A stretch of DNA of 36,582 nt from Nitrospinales bacterium. GTDB taxonomy: Bacteria; Nitrospinota; Nitrospinia; Nitrospinales; JAJDAT01. The position numbers and the translations under genes are program-made. The DNA lies in NCBI GenBank assembly GCA_046757665.1, contig JBHHYO010000019.1:1-36582 (forward strand), read 5' to 3'. Positions 25,006 to 33,570 of this stretch are shown here, in pieces (positions within the stretch are counted from its first letter, which is position 1; the number at the start of each line of letters is the position of its first letter). Under the pieces are notes generated by a model, which was not told where the DNA came from, ran no database searches, and worked only from the letters and a program-made list of their open reading frames with translations.

Positions 25006-27126
25006 TCAAGGAGTTCCGGGTTTCACAACGAACTGCCCCCACACCCCCCCGGAGAAGAACAGGCTGGGGCCATCCCGGTAAAGCCAGGTTCCCTCATGAG
25101 TGGCCGTCAGCTTGGCGGTGAGCCCCTTGCCTATGGTGATCAAGCTGGCGTGCGGGGTTCCAAAGTCGGGGATTCCAAGATCGTTGTAATCGTGACCGTA
25201 AACCAAAAAGGTGCGCTGGCGTGCGCGTCCATGAGGTTGCAATACGCGAAAACGTACCTTGTCTGTAGGCTTGGCGTCGAACACCGGGGTTTCGATGGTC
25301 TTGAACGTGTTGAGAAAAAAGTCCGGCGGATACAGGCTTGCATTGGTATCGGTATTCGTTGGAAGCAGACCCAGCCGCGCCCAGAACGGCTCGGTGCGAT
25401 AATTGACGGCTTTTTCACCCAAATCATAGGAATCGCCGCAAATGGGACAATCCGGGATATCATTAGACAGATGAAGCAGGTTCAAACCATCCTGATACAC
25501 CAGCACAAACTCACGGAAACAGTTTGTCGGCGATTGCGGATCGTTCACGTCCACCGGATAACAGACCGTAGCCATTGTCTTGGTAGTCGGATCCTCGGTC
25601 ACCGTGGCCTTTTCCGGCTCGATGATTAAAGCTCCGACCAAGCCTTGGGCGCCCTGCTTGATGATGTCGCCGTAAGAGTTCAGGTTGATGGCCCCGTACT
25701 CTTCCGGGAGAAATCTGGTGATCAGCTTGTCCGACTTGGTGGGGTGCGGCTCGAAGTCCAATCGGCCCGCGTACCACATGTAATCCGCGATCTCGCCCGG
25801 CCCCACCGTTTGGTCCGGGTTGATGCCGATATTGGCGCCGCCCTGCCGGAAGGAGTCGTGCTCCACCAGTTGCGGCATGAGGGAAACCTGGTTGGACGGG
25901 CGGAAATCGTCCGCCGACAATTCCGTAATTCGCGGCAGGCCGGCATCCCCCAAATGATCCGGAACATTTACGGGCAACATGTTTTTCAAGTGCACGAGGA
26001 TACATTCTCCAGCGTTCGCCCTCAACACCAGCGGCTCTACGGGCTTGTCGGCAAAGGAAGCGATGATGTCATCCCGCGTCAACGCATGGTCTGCCACCTC
26101 GATAAAAAGCAGTCCGCTGGGGTCTGCTATGCCTTCGCGCTCGTTGTATACGACACTTCCGCCGGGAACAAGGTCTGCCGCCGCCCAAGCCTGGACATTG
26201 AACTCCCGAGTGATTTGCCCGTTCGGGTCCGGAGGGCAAACACTTTTGAACTCCGGTTCGATGAGGCGATCCTGACTGTCGAATGCGGAATGTTCTTTAA
26301 GTTCCACAAGCTTCTTTTTGTCGTCGTCTTTTTTGCTTCGTTCTTCTTGTGGGTCGGCATAACGGATAACCCCCCAGGCGCCATTCCACATATCATCCGA
26401 AGAGCCAAAATGGTACAAGTGGTCCATTTCAGGGTCAACTTTCACGCCGTTGACGGTTTCGATCCGGTTGGCCATCCTCGGCAACTCGATTTCAAAGTGC
26501 TCTGAGATTCCGAGTTCCTGCACGCCGACAAGTGGGGAGTTCGGATCCCATATGTTGCGCCGCCACCGCGCCCCTTGAACAGCGAATTCATGTTGCACCT
26601 CCTGAGCGCCCTGAATCAGCTTGATTCGAACCCGATCACTCTCAAAAGCGTGAAATATTTCCGTAAACGGGTCGCCATGAACTTTGGAATCGAACACGTG
26701 CGCCATATCGCCGGCGGGCCCGGTTTTAAGAACCGTTTGTCCATTGGCGTCTTTCGTCGCGATACGCAGTGGAATGGGCTCGTTTTTGTAGTTTATCAGG
26801 TAGGGATTGTGGTGCTCCGCCGAAATGGCTTCCGGTAACAGCGGCGGATCGACCGGGTTGTTGACGAGGTCATAAAGTAACGCAAAATCCGCCACGGCCA
26901 TGGCAAACTCCCGATGATCCGGATGAAGAATTGGGTCGTCGGCGTTCTGAATGATCGCCTGGGTTCCAACACCCTTTTTCAGCGGTTTCCCGTTGGGTTT
27001 CAACCATTGGGAGCCCGCGGGCTCCACCAGCATCGCGCTGTAGAAACCGTGTTGCTGGATGAGAGGAAGGCGCAAAGTGGTCGTGGGTAAACACCGTTCC
27101 GATCGTGCGGTCCGCGCCGGAAGCAT
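25006..27126 (-). CDS. MnxG-like multicopper oxidase, C-terminal part (homologous from 27060; frameshifted)
   Basis: IQQHGFYSAMLVEP continues the THDHF motif; INYKNEPIPLR, IQGAQEVQH, GISEHFE, WNGAWG, EPLVLRANAGECI, VNYRTEPF, GGVWG. Confidence 0.8.
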   Translation of the reverse strand: MLPARTARSERCLPTTTLRLPLIQQHGFYSAMLVEPAGSQWLKPNGKPLKKGVGTQAIIQNADDPILHPDHREFAMAVADFALLYDLVNNPVDPPLLPEAISAEHHNPYLINYKNEPIPLRIATKDANGQTVLKTGPAGDMAHVFDSKVHGDPFTEIFHAFESDRVRIKLIQGAQEVQHEFAVQGARWRRNIWDPNSPLVGVQELGISEHFEIELPRMANRIETVNGVKVDPEMDHLYHFGSSDDMWNGAWGVIRYADPQEERSKKDDDKKKLVELKEHSAFDSQDRLIEPEFKSVCPPDPNGQITREFNVQAWAAADLVPGGSVVYNEREGIADPSGLLFIEVADHALTRDDIIASFADKPVEPLVLRANAGECILVHLKNMLPVNVPDHLGDAGLPRITELSADDFRPSNQVSLMPQLVEHDSFRQGGANIGINPDQTVGPGEIADYMWYAGRLDFEPHPTKSDKLITRFLPEEYGAINLNSYGDIIKQGAQGLVGALIIEPEKATVTEDPTTKTMATVCYPVDVNDPQSPTNCFREFVLVYQDGLNLLHLSNDIPDCPICGDSYDLGEKAVNYRTEPFWARLGLLPTNTDTNASLYPPDFFLNTFKTIETPVFDAKPTDKVRFRVLQPHGRARQRTFLVYGHDYNDLGIPDFGTPHASLITIGKGLTAKLTATHEGTWLYRDGPSLFFSGGVWGQFVVKPGTP

Positions 27127-29602
27127 TGACCAGGGGATCGGCCCACCAGCGTTGAACGGTCGTCTGGTATACCGGATGGCCCTCGTGGTCCACCTTGGCT
27201 TCCAACGCCGGCAGGGTGTTGCCCTGCCAGTCGACTACGGCTCCCAGGTTGCCGGCCAGGATTCGCTCTTCCACGGCCTGGCGGGAGAACGTACCGTCTT
27301 CATAATTCCAGCCGTTGGCGGAACCGTCGGAGGAGGTCACGTCAAACTTGACCAGATGAATGTGCTGGCCGATGGTATCGGTCGGGGTTTGAACCTGGAA
27401 GTCGTCCACCTCCAGTTCCGCCGGCGTACGGTTGGTGTGAAAAAACCGTACGCATTCCCCGGAGAGTACGCGGAAGAAAAAAGGATTGGCTTTCTTCAAT
27501 CGGCCTTCGAATTTTTTTACTTCTTTATCCAACACGTTGATTCGCGCCTGGGGGTCATGCCAGCCGGCGGCATTGACCAGCAAGTCCAACTGAATGGCGG
27601 AGACGCGGTAATCGCGGGTCGTGGTTACCGAACCAAAATCGTCGCTGATACAGGGATCGGCAAAAGGAGATCCGGGTTGCGCCGGGCGGCCGTTAACCAA
27701 CATCCTGTCCGGGTCACCCTCCGGTGTAACGTCGGGATATCCTCTTTTCCCGTCCGCGAATAACTGAGCATCACTGCCGTGATATTTCATGGCCGCCTGC
27801 TCCAGCGGCGTGCCGTTTTGTGGAAGCACCTGGATCGTGGCCGTATGCAGTTCCGTAGAAAAATCCGCCGCCGCCAGGTCTTCATGAGTTGTCCGGCTAC
27901 CGTTCAGAATCACGTGACGAGGCAGGCCCGCATCTTCCTGAATATCCATGGGCGCTTGAGGCGCCCGATGACCGGCCTTGCCGGCAATGTAAAACGGATA
28001 CCCCGGCATGGCCGTTTCACCGGTTGCGACAGTGGCCGGATAAGTGGGCGGAGGCGCCATGCCTTGATTGGGCATCGGAACAATTGCCGGAATCGGAGTT
28101 CCCCCGACCGTCTCGCCGGTTTGGGGGTCCGTGCCGGAACCCAGTTCGCCGTCCGGCAATCGGCGCGATCCATCCTCGAAAACGTCATGCACCCGCCACA
28201 ACTCCCACATGCCCTGGGCGAAATGAGGATACAAATGACAGTGGAAAATGGAGTCGCCCGGAGTCAGATTGCGGTTGCCGCCCCCACCGTAAAAAATATT
28301 GTAGGTGAAACCCTGCTGAGGCCCTATGGTCTGCGAGTCGAGATAGGTTCCCGTACCGGCTCCGGGACTTTGCGAAATCCACTGATGGGCATGAAGGTGA
28401 AAAACGTGAGTCTCCTTGGGCCCGGCATGGATATTGCGAAAGCGGACGTTATCGCCCAAATAACTGTGATGCACGTTGGAGGGATCATCCTCATACTGAG
28501 TCAACAAGGCGGGGTCTCCATTGGCCCAGGATTGCAAAAAGAATTCCTCATACAAACATTCCACGCAATCCTTGGCCGGTCCGGTCTGCAATCGGTTGGC
28601 AAAAAGAATCGTGCCCAGGCCGCTGGCGCCATAGTTGATGCCGAACCCGTCGCGAATACCCTGCAACTGGTCCTCGGTGCCCAGAATTTGAAATGCGTTC
28701 TGGTAAACCGTTTTCAGTTCGCCGTGAAAAATGACGCTGAATTCACGAAACCAGTCCAGAGATTCTCCCGTACCGCTGTCCGGAGGCACCGGGAAACCGG
28801 TGATCAATGCGTTCAAGTCGCCGTGGCGAATTTCCAACCGTTCCGTGCCGTCGGCGTCCTGGCCAAGGGATTGCAGGATGTTCAAAACAGGAACGCCTGC
28901 AACGTCAACCGCCTCGTAATTCAAAAAAGCCGGAGCGACGGCCTGTTCCCGCGCCATCAGCATCTCCGCTTCGGAGACCTGGCTACGATAGTACTTACTC
29001 CCCTGGGGCTCGGCATTGATGGCGCCAAACAAACCATGAACGATGCTACCGCCGTCCCCCTGGCCGCCTGCCGGAGCGGCGTTGCTGAAAAAAAAGTAAG
29101 TCCCTTCCCGCTCGATTTTCCATCGATAAGTGATCGTTTCACCAGGCGCAACTCCGGAAATCCCGGTGTTGGATGAATCGTGATTGTCTCCAGTCACAGG
29201 TTGGGAAACAAGGCCGGAAGCCACGATGGAAGCCAGGCGAGTGGCGGGCCAGTCCGTTCCCGGCGTATCGGCGGCCAACAGATTGGTGAACCGGACTTCC
29301 AGAATGTCCCCGACATTGGCGCGTAGCACCAGCGGCCGGGGGCGTTTGCCCGCCCGCAACCGCACTTGACCGGGCACGCCTCCCTGCTCGTCGATAGGAG
29401 TCCCCAACTCGTCCACCACGTCATGGCGGAGAGCGTAAATCATCCCATAAGGATTAAAGGATCCAAAACGGTTGTAGGTAATGACCTGGTCGAGAGCAAC
29501 CACGTCGGCAAAAATGATCCGACCCTGGCTTTGTTGCGCGTAAAGCTTCGTTGGCGAATACTCCGAGAGACCGGCAATTAAGCCCAGCACAAAAAAAAGC
29601 AA
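26870..29602 (-). CDS. MnxG-like giant multicopper oxidase, N-terminal part (homologous to 27062; frameshifted)
   Basis: ADVVALDQ..YNRFGSFNPYGMIYAL, RPRPLVLRANVGD; Cu motifs HVFHLHAHQW, HCHLYPHFAQGM, QHIHLVKFD and THDHF. Removing one base at about 27061 joins the two parts into a 1531-aa ORF (25006..29602). Start codon uncertain. Confidence 0.85.
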   Translation of the reverse strand: MLFFVLGLIAGLSEYSPTKLYAQQSQGRIIFADVVALDQVITYNRFGSFNPYGMIYALRHDVVDELGTPIDEQGGVPGQVRLRAGKRPRPLVLRANVGDILEVRFTNLLAADTPGTDWPATRLASIVASGLVSQPVTGDNHDSSNTGISGVAPGETITYRWKIEREGTYFFFSNAAPAGGQGDGGSIVHGLFGAINAEPQGSKYYRSQVSEAEMLMAREQAVAPAFLNYEAVDVAGVPVLNILQSLGQDADGTERLEIRHGDLNALITGFPVPPDSGTGESLDWFREFSVIFHGELKTVYQNAFQILGTEDQLQGIRDGFGINYGASGLGTILFANRLQTGPAKDCVECLYEEFFLQSWANGDPALLTQYEDDPSNVHHSYLGDNVRFRNIHAGPKETHVFHLHAHQWISQSPGAGTGTYLDSQTIGPQQGFTYNIFYGGGGNRNLTPGDSIFHCHLYPHFAQGMWELWRVHDVFEDGSRRLPDGELGSGTDPQTGETVGGTPIPAIVPMPNQGMAPPPTYPATVATGETAMPGYPFYIAGKAGHRAPQAPMDIQEDAGLPRHVILNGSRTTHEDLAAADFSTELHTATIQVLPQNGTPLEQAAMKYHGSDAQLFADGKRGYPDVTPEGDPDRMLVNGRPAQPGSPFADPCISDDFGSVTTTRDYRVSAIQLDLLVNAAGWHDPQARINVLDKEVKKFEGRLKKANPFFFRVLSGECVRFFHTNRTPAELEVDDFQVQTPTDTIGQHIHLVKFDVTSSDGSANGWNYEDGTFSRQAVEERILAGNLGAVVDWQGNTLPALEAKVDHEGHPVYQTTVQRWWADPLVNASGADRTIGTVFTHDHFAPSSHPATRFLQRDAGGARGLPMVETQRETAEKGCWNPGDHSERRRPNSSSGSSGVCHGRGGFCVTL

Positions 29603-29708
29603 TCCGATTTTTTGTGCTTTCGTCGCGCCCCTGACTCCTCGATTGGAAAAAAAAAATTTTTGGCCCCCCTCAGAAGTTACGCCGTTTGTTTTTCCATGGA
29701 GAGTTGAA

Positions 29709-29728
29709 TTTACAAATCAAATTGTAAA
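29709..29728. promoter_or_regulatory. Inverted repeat upstream of the multicopper oxidase, candidate operator
   Basis: TTTACAA-ATCAAA-TTGTAAA. Confidence 0.3.
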
Positions 29729-29966
29729 AAGATGTTCTATTTTAAACAAAAAGGCACCGAGAGAGGAATCATTGCAACTTTGTTTTTTTGTAGACATAAT
29801 TGGGTGACAGCTTGTCGTTGTTTGTTCGACAAAAAAGAGGCCGATCCCCTTCATTAGGTAGGTCTTTATACATAAGTGAAGAATCTCCGCTTATGCAAAG
29901 CTCTCTTCTGGAAAGGGGACTGAGGGGGGGGATTAGTTCGATTCGATTATTGACGTGCGCGCCGGG

Positions 29967-31250
29967 TTACGGTCTCAACCCTTTGCCGGAAAGTTGCAAA
30001 CGGCTTCTCCACGCCGTTGAGCCTTTTCGCCGCGGCAAGATGGCGCCCGCAACAAGCCTCGCCAGAAACTTCACCGACACCACTTCCGCCGCCGGGAGAT
30101 AATCGCCGATCACCCCCACCAACCGTTTGGCCAGGGACGGATTTTCGGCGAGGGTTTTCACTACCCGTACGCAAAGGCGCGGTTTGTAAATCAACTTTTG
30201 CAGGATTCGGCTCAGCACAAACTTTTTGTGAAACTCGGTCTGCCGGACAGCCTCGTACCCGGCAAAACGCCGCCGGGAAAAATCCGAGGTTTTAAAAGCC
30301 GAATCGACGGTTTGCGCCGCCAGTTGCGCGCTTCGCAGGGACAGGTAAATCCCCTCTCCCGTAAACGGGTCGATAAACCCCATCGCGTCACCGACGAGGG
30401 CCAATCCGCCGCAACCGGGACTCTTCACCGCATAGGCAAGCGACTCGACGGTACGCGGTTTTTCCGCCGGCACGGCATCCGCCAGCAATTGTTTGCGCCG
30501 CGGGTCTCCCAAAACGGTGCGGACATAAAAATCCCCGGCCTCCCGGCCCTTGAGCAAGTGCGAATCCACGACAAGAACGACATTGACCGAGTCTCCGCCG
30601 ACCGGCGCGATGCCCGTATAACCGGGCCGGCTGACGTGCATACAGCAATAATTTTCCCGAAACCGCGTTCCCCGCCAATGCGCCGCGATAGCCATTCTGC
30701 CGGAACCTTTCACGGGTTTTTTCAGGTTGAGCCTGCGAATCGACACGCAGTTTCTTCCGCCCGCGTCCACCACCACGCGAGCTTTCAATGTGAAAGGCGT
30801 TTTTTGATTGTCCCAACCCTTGACGCCGACAACCCGGCCGTCTTGAAAAAGCAAGTCATGGACCTTGTGCCACTCGCGGACCTCGACACCCATCTTTCGC
30901 GCCTGCTGCAACAGCACGTTGTCCAACACCATCCGCGGAATGGAAAGGCTGGTCATCCGCTCCGTCCGGCCCGGCATTGGCGGGTAATCAATATAAACCT
31001 CACTTCTGCCGTAGGCGGAAATATACACCCCGTTCAACCTCAAGGGCGATTGCGCTTCCAGGGACGGCAGGACCCCCAGCTCGTCTAAAATGGCATCCGC
31101 CGCCGGACTGATGAATTCGCCGCAAACCTTGTCGCGGGGAAATCCCGCCTGGTCCAAAACGACCACCCGATACCCTTTGTCGGCCAGAAACAAAGCCGTT
31201 GCCGTACCCGCGGGGCCAGCGCCAATGATTACCGCATCAAAAGGTTTCAT
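29967..31250 (-). CDS. FAD-dependent oxidoreductase (geranylgeranyl reductase/FixC-like)
   Basis: FDAVIIGAGPAG, FPRDKVCGEFISP, VVVDAGGR, LVGDAMGFIDPFTGEGIY. ATG at 31250. Confidence 0.92.
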   Translation of the reverse strand: MKPFDAVIIGAGPAGTATALFLADKGYRVVVLDQAGFPRDKVCGEFISPAADAILDELGVLPSLEAQSPLRLNGVYISAYGRSEVYIDYPPMPGRTERMTSLSIPRMVLDNVLLQQARKMGVEVREWHKVHDLLFQDGRVVGVKGWDNQKTPFTLKARVVVDAGGRNCVSIRRLNLKKPVKGSGRMAIAAHWRGTRFRENYCCMHVSRPGYTGIAPVGGDSVNVVLVVDSHLLKGREAGDFYVRTVLGDPRRKQLLADAVPAEKPRTVESLAYAVKSPGCGGLALVGDAMGFIDPFTGEGIYLSLRSAQLAAQTVDSAFKTSDFSRRRFAGYEAVRQTEFHKKFVLSRILQKLIYKPRLCVRVVKTLAENPSLAKRLVGVIGDYLPAAEVVSVKFLARLVAGAILPRRKGSTAWRSRLQLSGKGLRP

Positions 31251-31266
31251 GAGTTTTTTGACAAAA

Positions 31267-31986
31267 TTATTTTTTCCCCACCAGGGCAATTCGGTAGGGG
31301 AAGTGGCGGTGCACCTCAAAATGCTCCACCTCGGCCTCGCGCGCCATGTCGCGCATCTCTCCGGGAGTAAAAGCGTTCATGACCGAGACGGGAGCATCGT
31401 AACGGGTCAACCGGTTGCCGGTGAACAGACGAGTCAGCAGAACGATCGAACAATAAGCCACGCGGCTCCGGTGGAGATCATTAACGATAAATCCACACCG
31501 ACTCAAGGCATTCATGGATCGAATAGTCCGCCCCGCATGTTCCCGGGTAAAATGATGCAGTGAAAGCGAATTGATCACCAGGTCAAAACATTCCGGGCGA
31601 AACGGCAACGACAGAACATCGCATTGCACCAGACGGATTTCCGGGAACCGGGCTGTTTCCTCCCGGGCAAAGTTCAGCATCTTCCGATTGATGTCGATGG
31701 CCAGAATCCTGACGGGAATTTTCAGCCGGCGCGCCATCCGAACCACCGCAACCGGCTGGTCCGCCGACCCCGTCGCCACATCAAGAATCGTAAAAGGCCG
31801 CTTGTCGGGATATTCCCTGAAAAACCCGGAGACATAATGCAACAAGACTTTGTACCCGCTCAGATACTTGTTGACCCGGCGGACATCTTTCAAGCTCTCC
31901 CGCACTTCCTCAAAAGGGGCCTCGTCCAGGTCCAAAAGTTCTGCCCGCAAGTTTCGCGGCGGCGCAGGGAAGAAAGTCATATCCAT
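31267..31986 (-). CDS. Class I SAM-dependent methyltransferase
   Basis: ELLD..SLKDVRRVNKYLSG, ILDVATGSAD, FDLVINSLSLHHF, VNDLHRS, TRYDAPVSV..AFT. Confidence 0.92.
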   Translation of the reverse strand: MDMTFFPAPPRNLRAELLDLDEAPFEEVRESLKDVRRVNKYLSGYKVLLHYVSGFFREYPDKRPFTILDVATGSADQPVAVVRMARRLKIPVRILAIDINRKMLNFAREETARFPEIRLVQCDVLSLPFRPECFDLVINSLSLHHFTREHAGRTIRSMNALSRCGFIVNDLHRSRVAYCSIVLLTRLFTGNRLTRYDAPVSVMNAFTPGEMRDMAREAEVEHFEVHRHFPYRIALVGKK

Positions 31987-32029
31987 CTTGTCTGTGAGTT
32001 CCTCGCAACAGATCCGGAAAACCGTCCGG

Positions 32030-32425
32030 TCAATCCTTGAAGAAAAAGTAAACCTCTCCCCGGGAAATTTTCTTTTTGACCAGGGATAACGTGATTTCCT
32101 TGAAAACTCCCCGGCTGACGGGAAAAAGGATCAAGACCCCCAGCACATCCGTTATGATTCCGGGCGTAATCAGCAAAACGCTGGCGATGGCCATCACAAC
32201 CCCGTTTAATGTTTCGTCACCGGGAAGGGTTTGGGATTTCAAATTCCACTGTAATTTTTCGAAATACTCCTTTCCCCATGAGCGCCCCGCCACCCAGCCC
32301 AACAAAAAGGTGAACATGCAAAGCGAGATGGTATTAACGATCCCGATAACCTGGCTCAGCAGTGACAACAGATAGAGTTCTATTCCCGTGCCCGCCGCGA
32401 AACATAGAGTCACATTGAAAGACAT
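32030..32425 (-). CDS. fxsA: FxsA-family membrane protein
   Basis: IELYLL..IG..T, LLITPGIITDVLG..LFP..R; RBS GAGGTGG. Confidence 0.85.
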   Translation of the reverse strand: MSFNVTLCFAAGTGIELYLLSLLSQVIGIVNTISLCMFTFLLGWVAGRSWGKEYFEKLQWNLKSQTLPGDETLNGVVMAIASVLLITPGIITDVLGVLILFPVSRGVFKEITLSLVKKKISRGEVYFFFKD

Positions 32426-32613
32426 CCGAATTCCACCTCATGGCTTTAAGCGGTTTAAATCGTTACAAACCTGCAACAATCAGGAGGTAAAGCATTACAT
32501 CCAACATTATGCACACCGGCTGAGGCAAATCAAAACCTTTCGGCATCAACATCTTCCGCAAACGAGGCAATGGGATTTTTCATCGTCATGGAGGAAAACC
32601 GAATGCTCCGGAT

Positions 32614-33417
32614 TTATGGAGAATGGCTGGCGGCCCGGAGAAATCGTCCGATTTCCCGAACCTCCTCGCTGGTCACAAACTGCTCCAAATTCTGCTTGTC
32701 CGCATTGTCTTTTCCGTGGAACGCAAAAAAATCCGCCCGAAACCTGTCCCGGCCAAGCGCTCCGGAAAAATTGTAGGTATCCAGCAATCGAACCCCCTTG
32801 TTGCCGCCGACGCCTCTCAAGGAATGGCAAAACAGGCAATTGTCTTTGAATGCCCGGAGGCCCGATTCCACTTCCGGGGCGGTTCGGACAATGTTTTTCA
32901 AGGGAGCATAATAGTCTTCCAGACGGACGAATTTGATTTCGCGGATATTCGCCGTTACAAACCGCTCCCGATAAGGCACACGGCCGCCATCAGGCACAAT
33001 AATCATGAGAGGGTTCAGCCAGTCCGGTTTTTTGAACTCCGGCGCAATTTCAATTCGCGTCGCCAGTTGCAGGTCATAGCGCCGGATATCTTCCAGCGAA
33101 ACGATTCCCTGGTAGTCGTCGAAACAGTTCAACAACACCGCGTCAGCGCCCATTCCCCCGTGGTACCGGGCCACCAGCCCGGCGAATGATATGACATGCA
33201 AACGTGAATTTCGATAATTCAACGCCCAGTCGAAATAGGCGCTGGCGATGACCCGGACCCCTGCCGCCTCTTCCAGTTGAGAAAGCGAAAAGTAGTTTTC
33301 CGTTTCAGGCACGCCGCCGATTATCTTATATTTCAAGCTTTGCCCGGCATGTCCGGTTTCCCATGCGAGGAACAACAAAAGCATCCACAGCCATCCACAA
33401 ACCGTTCCCTTCCGCAT
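32614..33417 (-). CDS. Exported monoheme c-type cytochrome domain protein
   Basis: Signal peptide ending GHA; C-terminal GLRAFKDNCLFCHSLRGVGGNKG with a single CxxCH; RBS GAGGGTGG. Confidence 0.8.
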   Translation of the reverse strand: MRKGTVCGWLWMLLLFLAWETGHAGQSLKYKIIGGVPETENYFSLSQLEEAAGVRVIASAYFDWALNYRNSRLHVISFAGLVARYHGGMGADAVLLNCFDDYQGIVSLEDIRRYDLQLATRIEIAPEFKKPDWLNPLMIIVPDGGRVPYRERFVTANIREIKFVRLEDYYAPLKNIVRTAPEVESGLRAFKDNCLFCHSLRGVGGNKGVRLLDTYNFSGALGRDRFRADFFAFHGKDNADKQNLEQFVTSEEVREIGRFLRAASHSP

Positions 33418-33570
33418 ATGCCACCCTCAAGAAACGGGGAAAACTTTTCCATGCCCGGAAAAGGTGATAAACTCTCAATGTCAGGCATTATAGCATTCCG
33501 GCGATTTGAGCCTGCTGTTTAATCCAGACTCGAAAGCCTTTTTCCAATTTAACGTCAAACCCAACTCATC

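Noticed and set aside
27779-29176. 465-aa plus-strand ORF
   Set aside because: Antisense shadow of the multicopper oxidase.
29603-29966. Sigma54 promoter for the oxidase operon, as in Pseudomonas mnx regulation
   Set aside because: I found no convincing TGGC..TTGC element with GG-N10-GC spacing on the minus strand.
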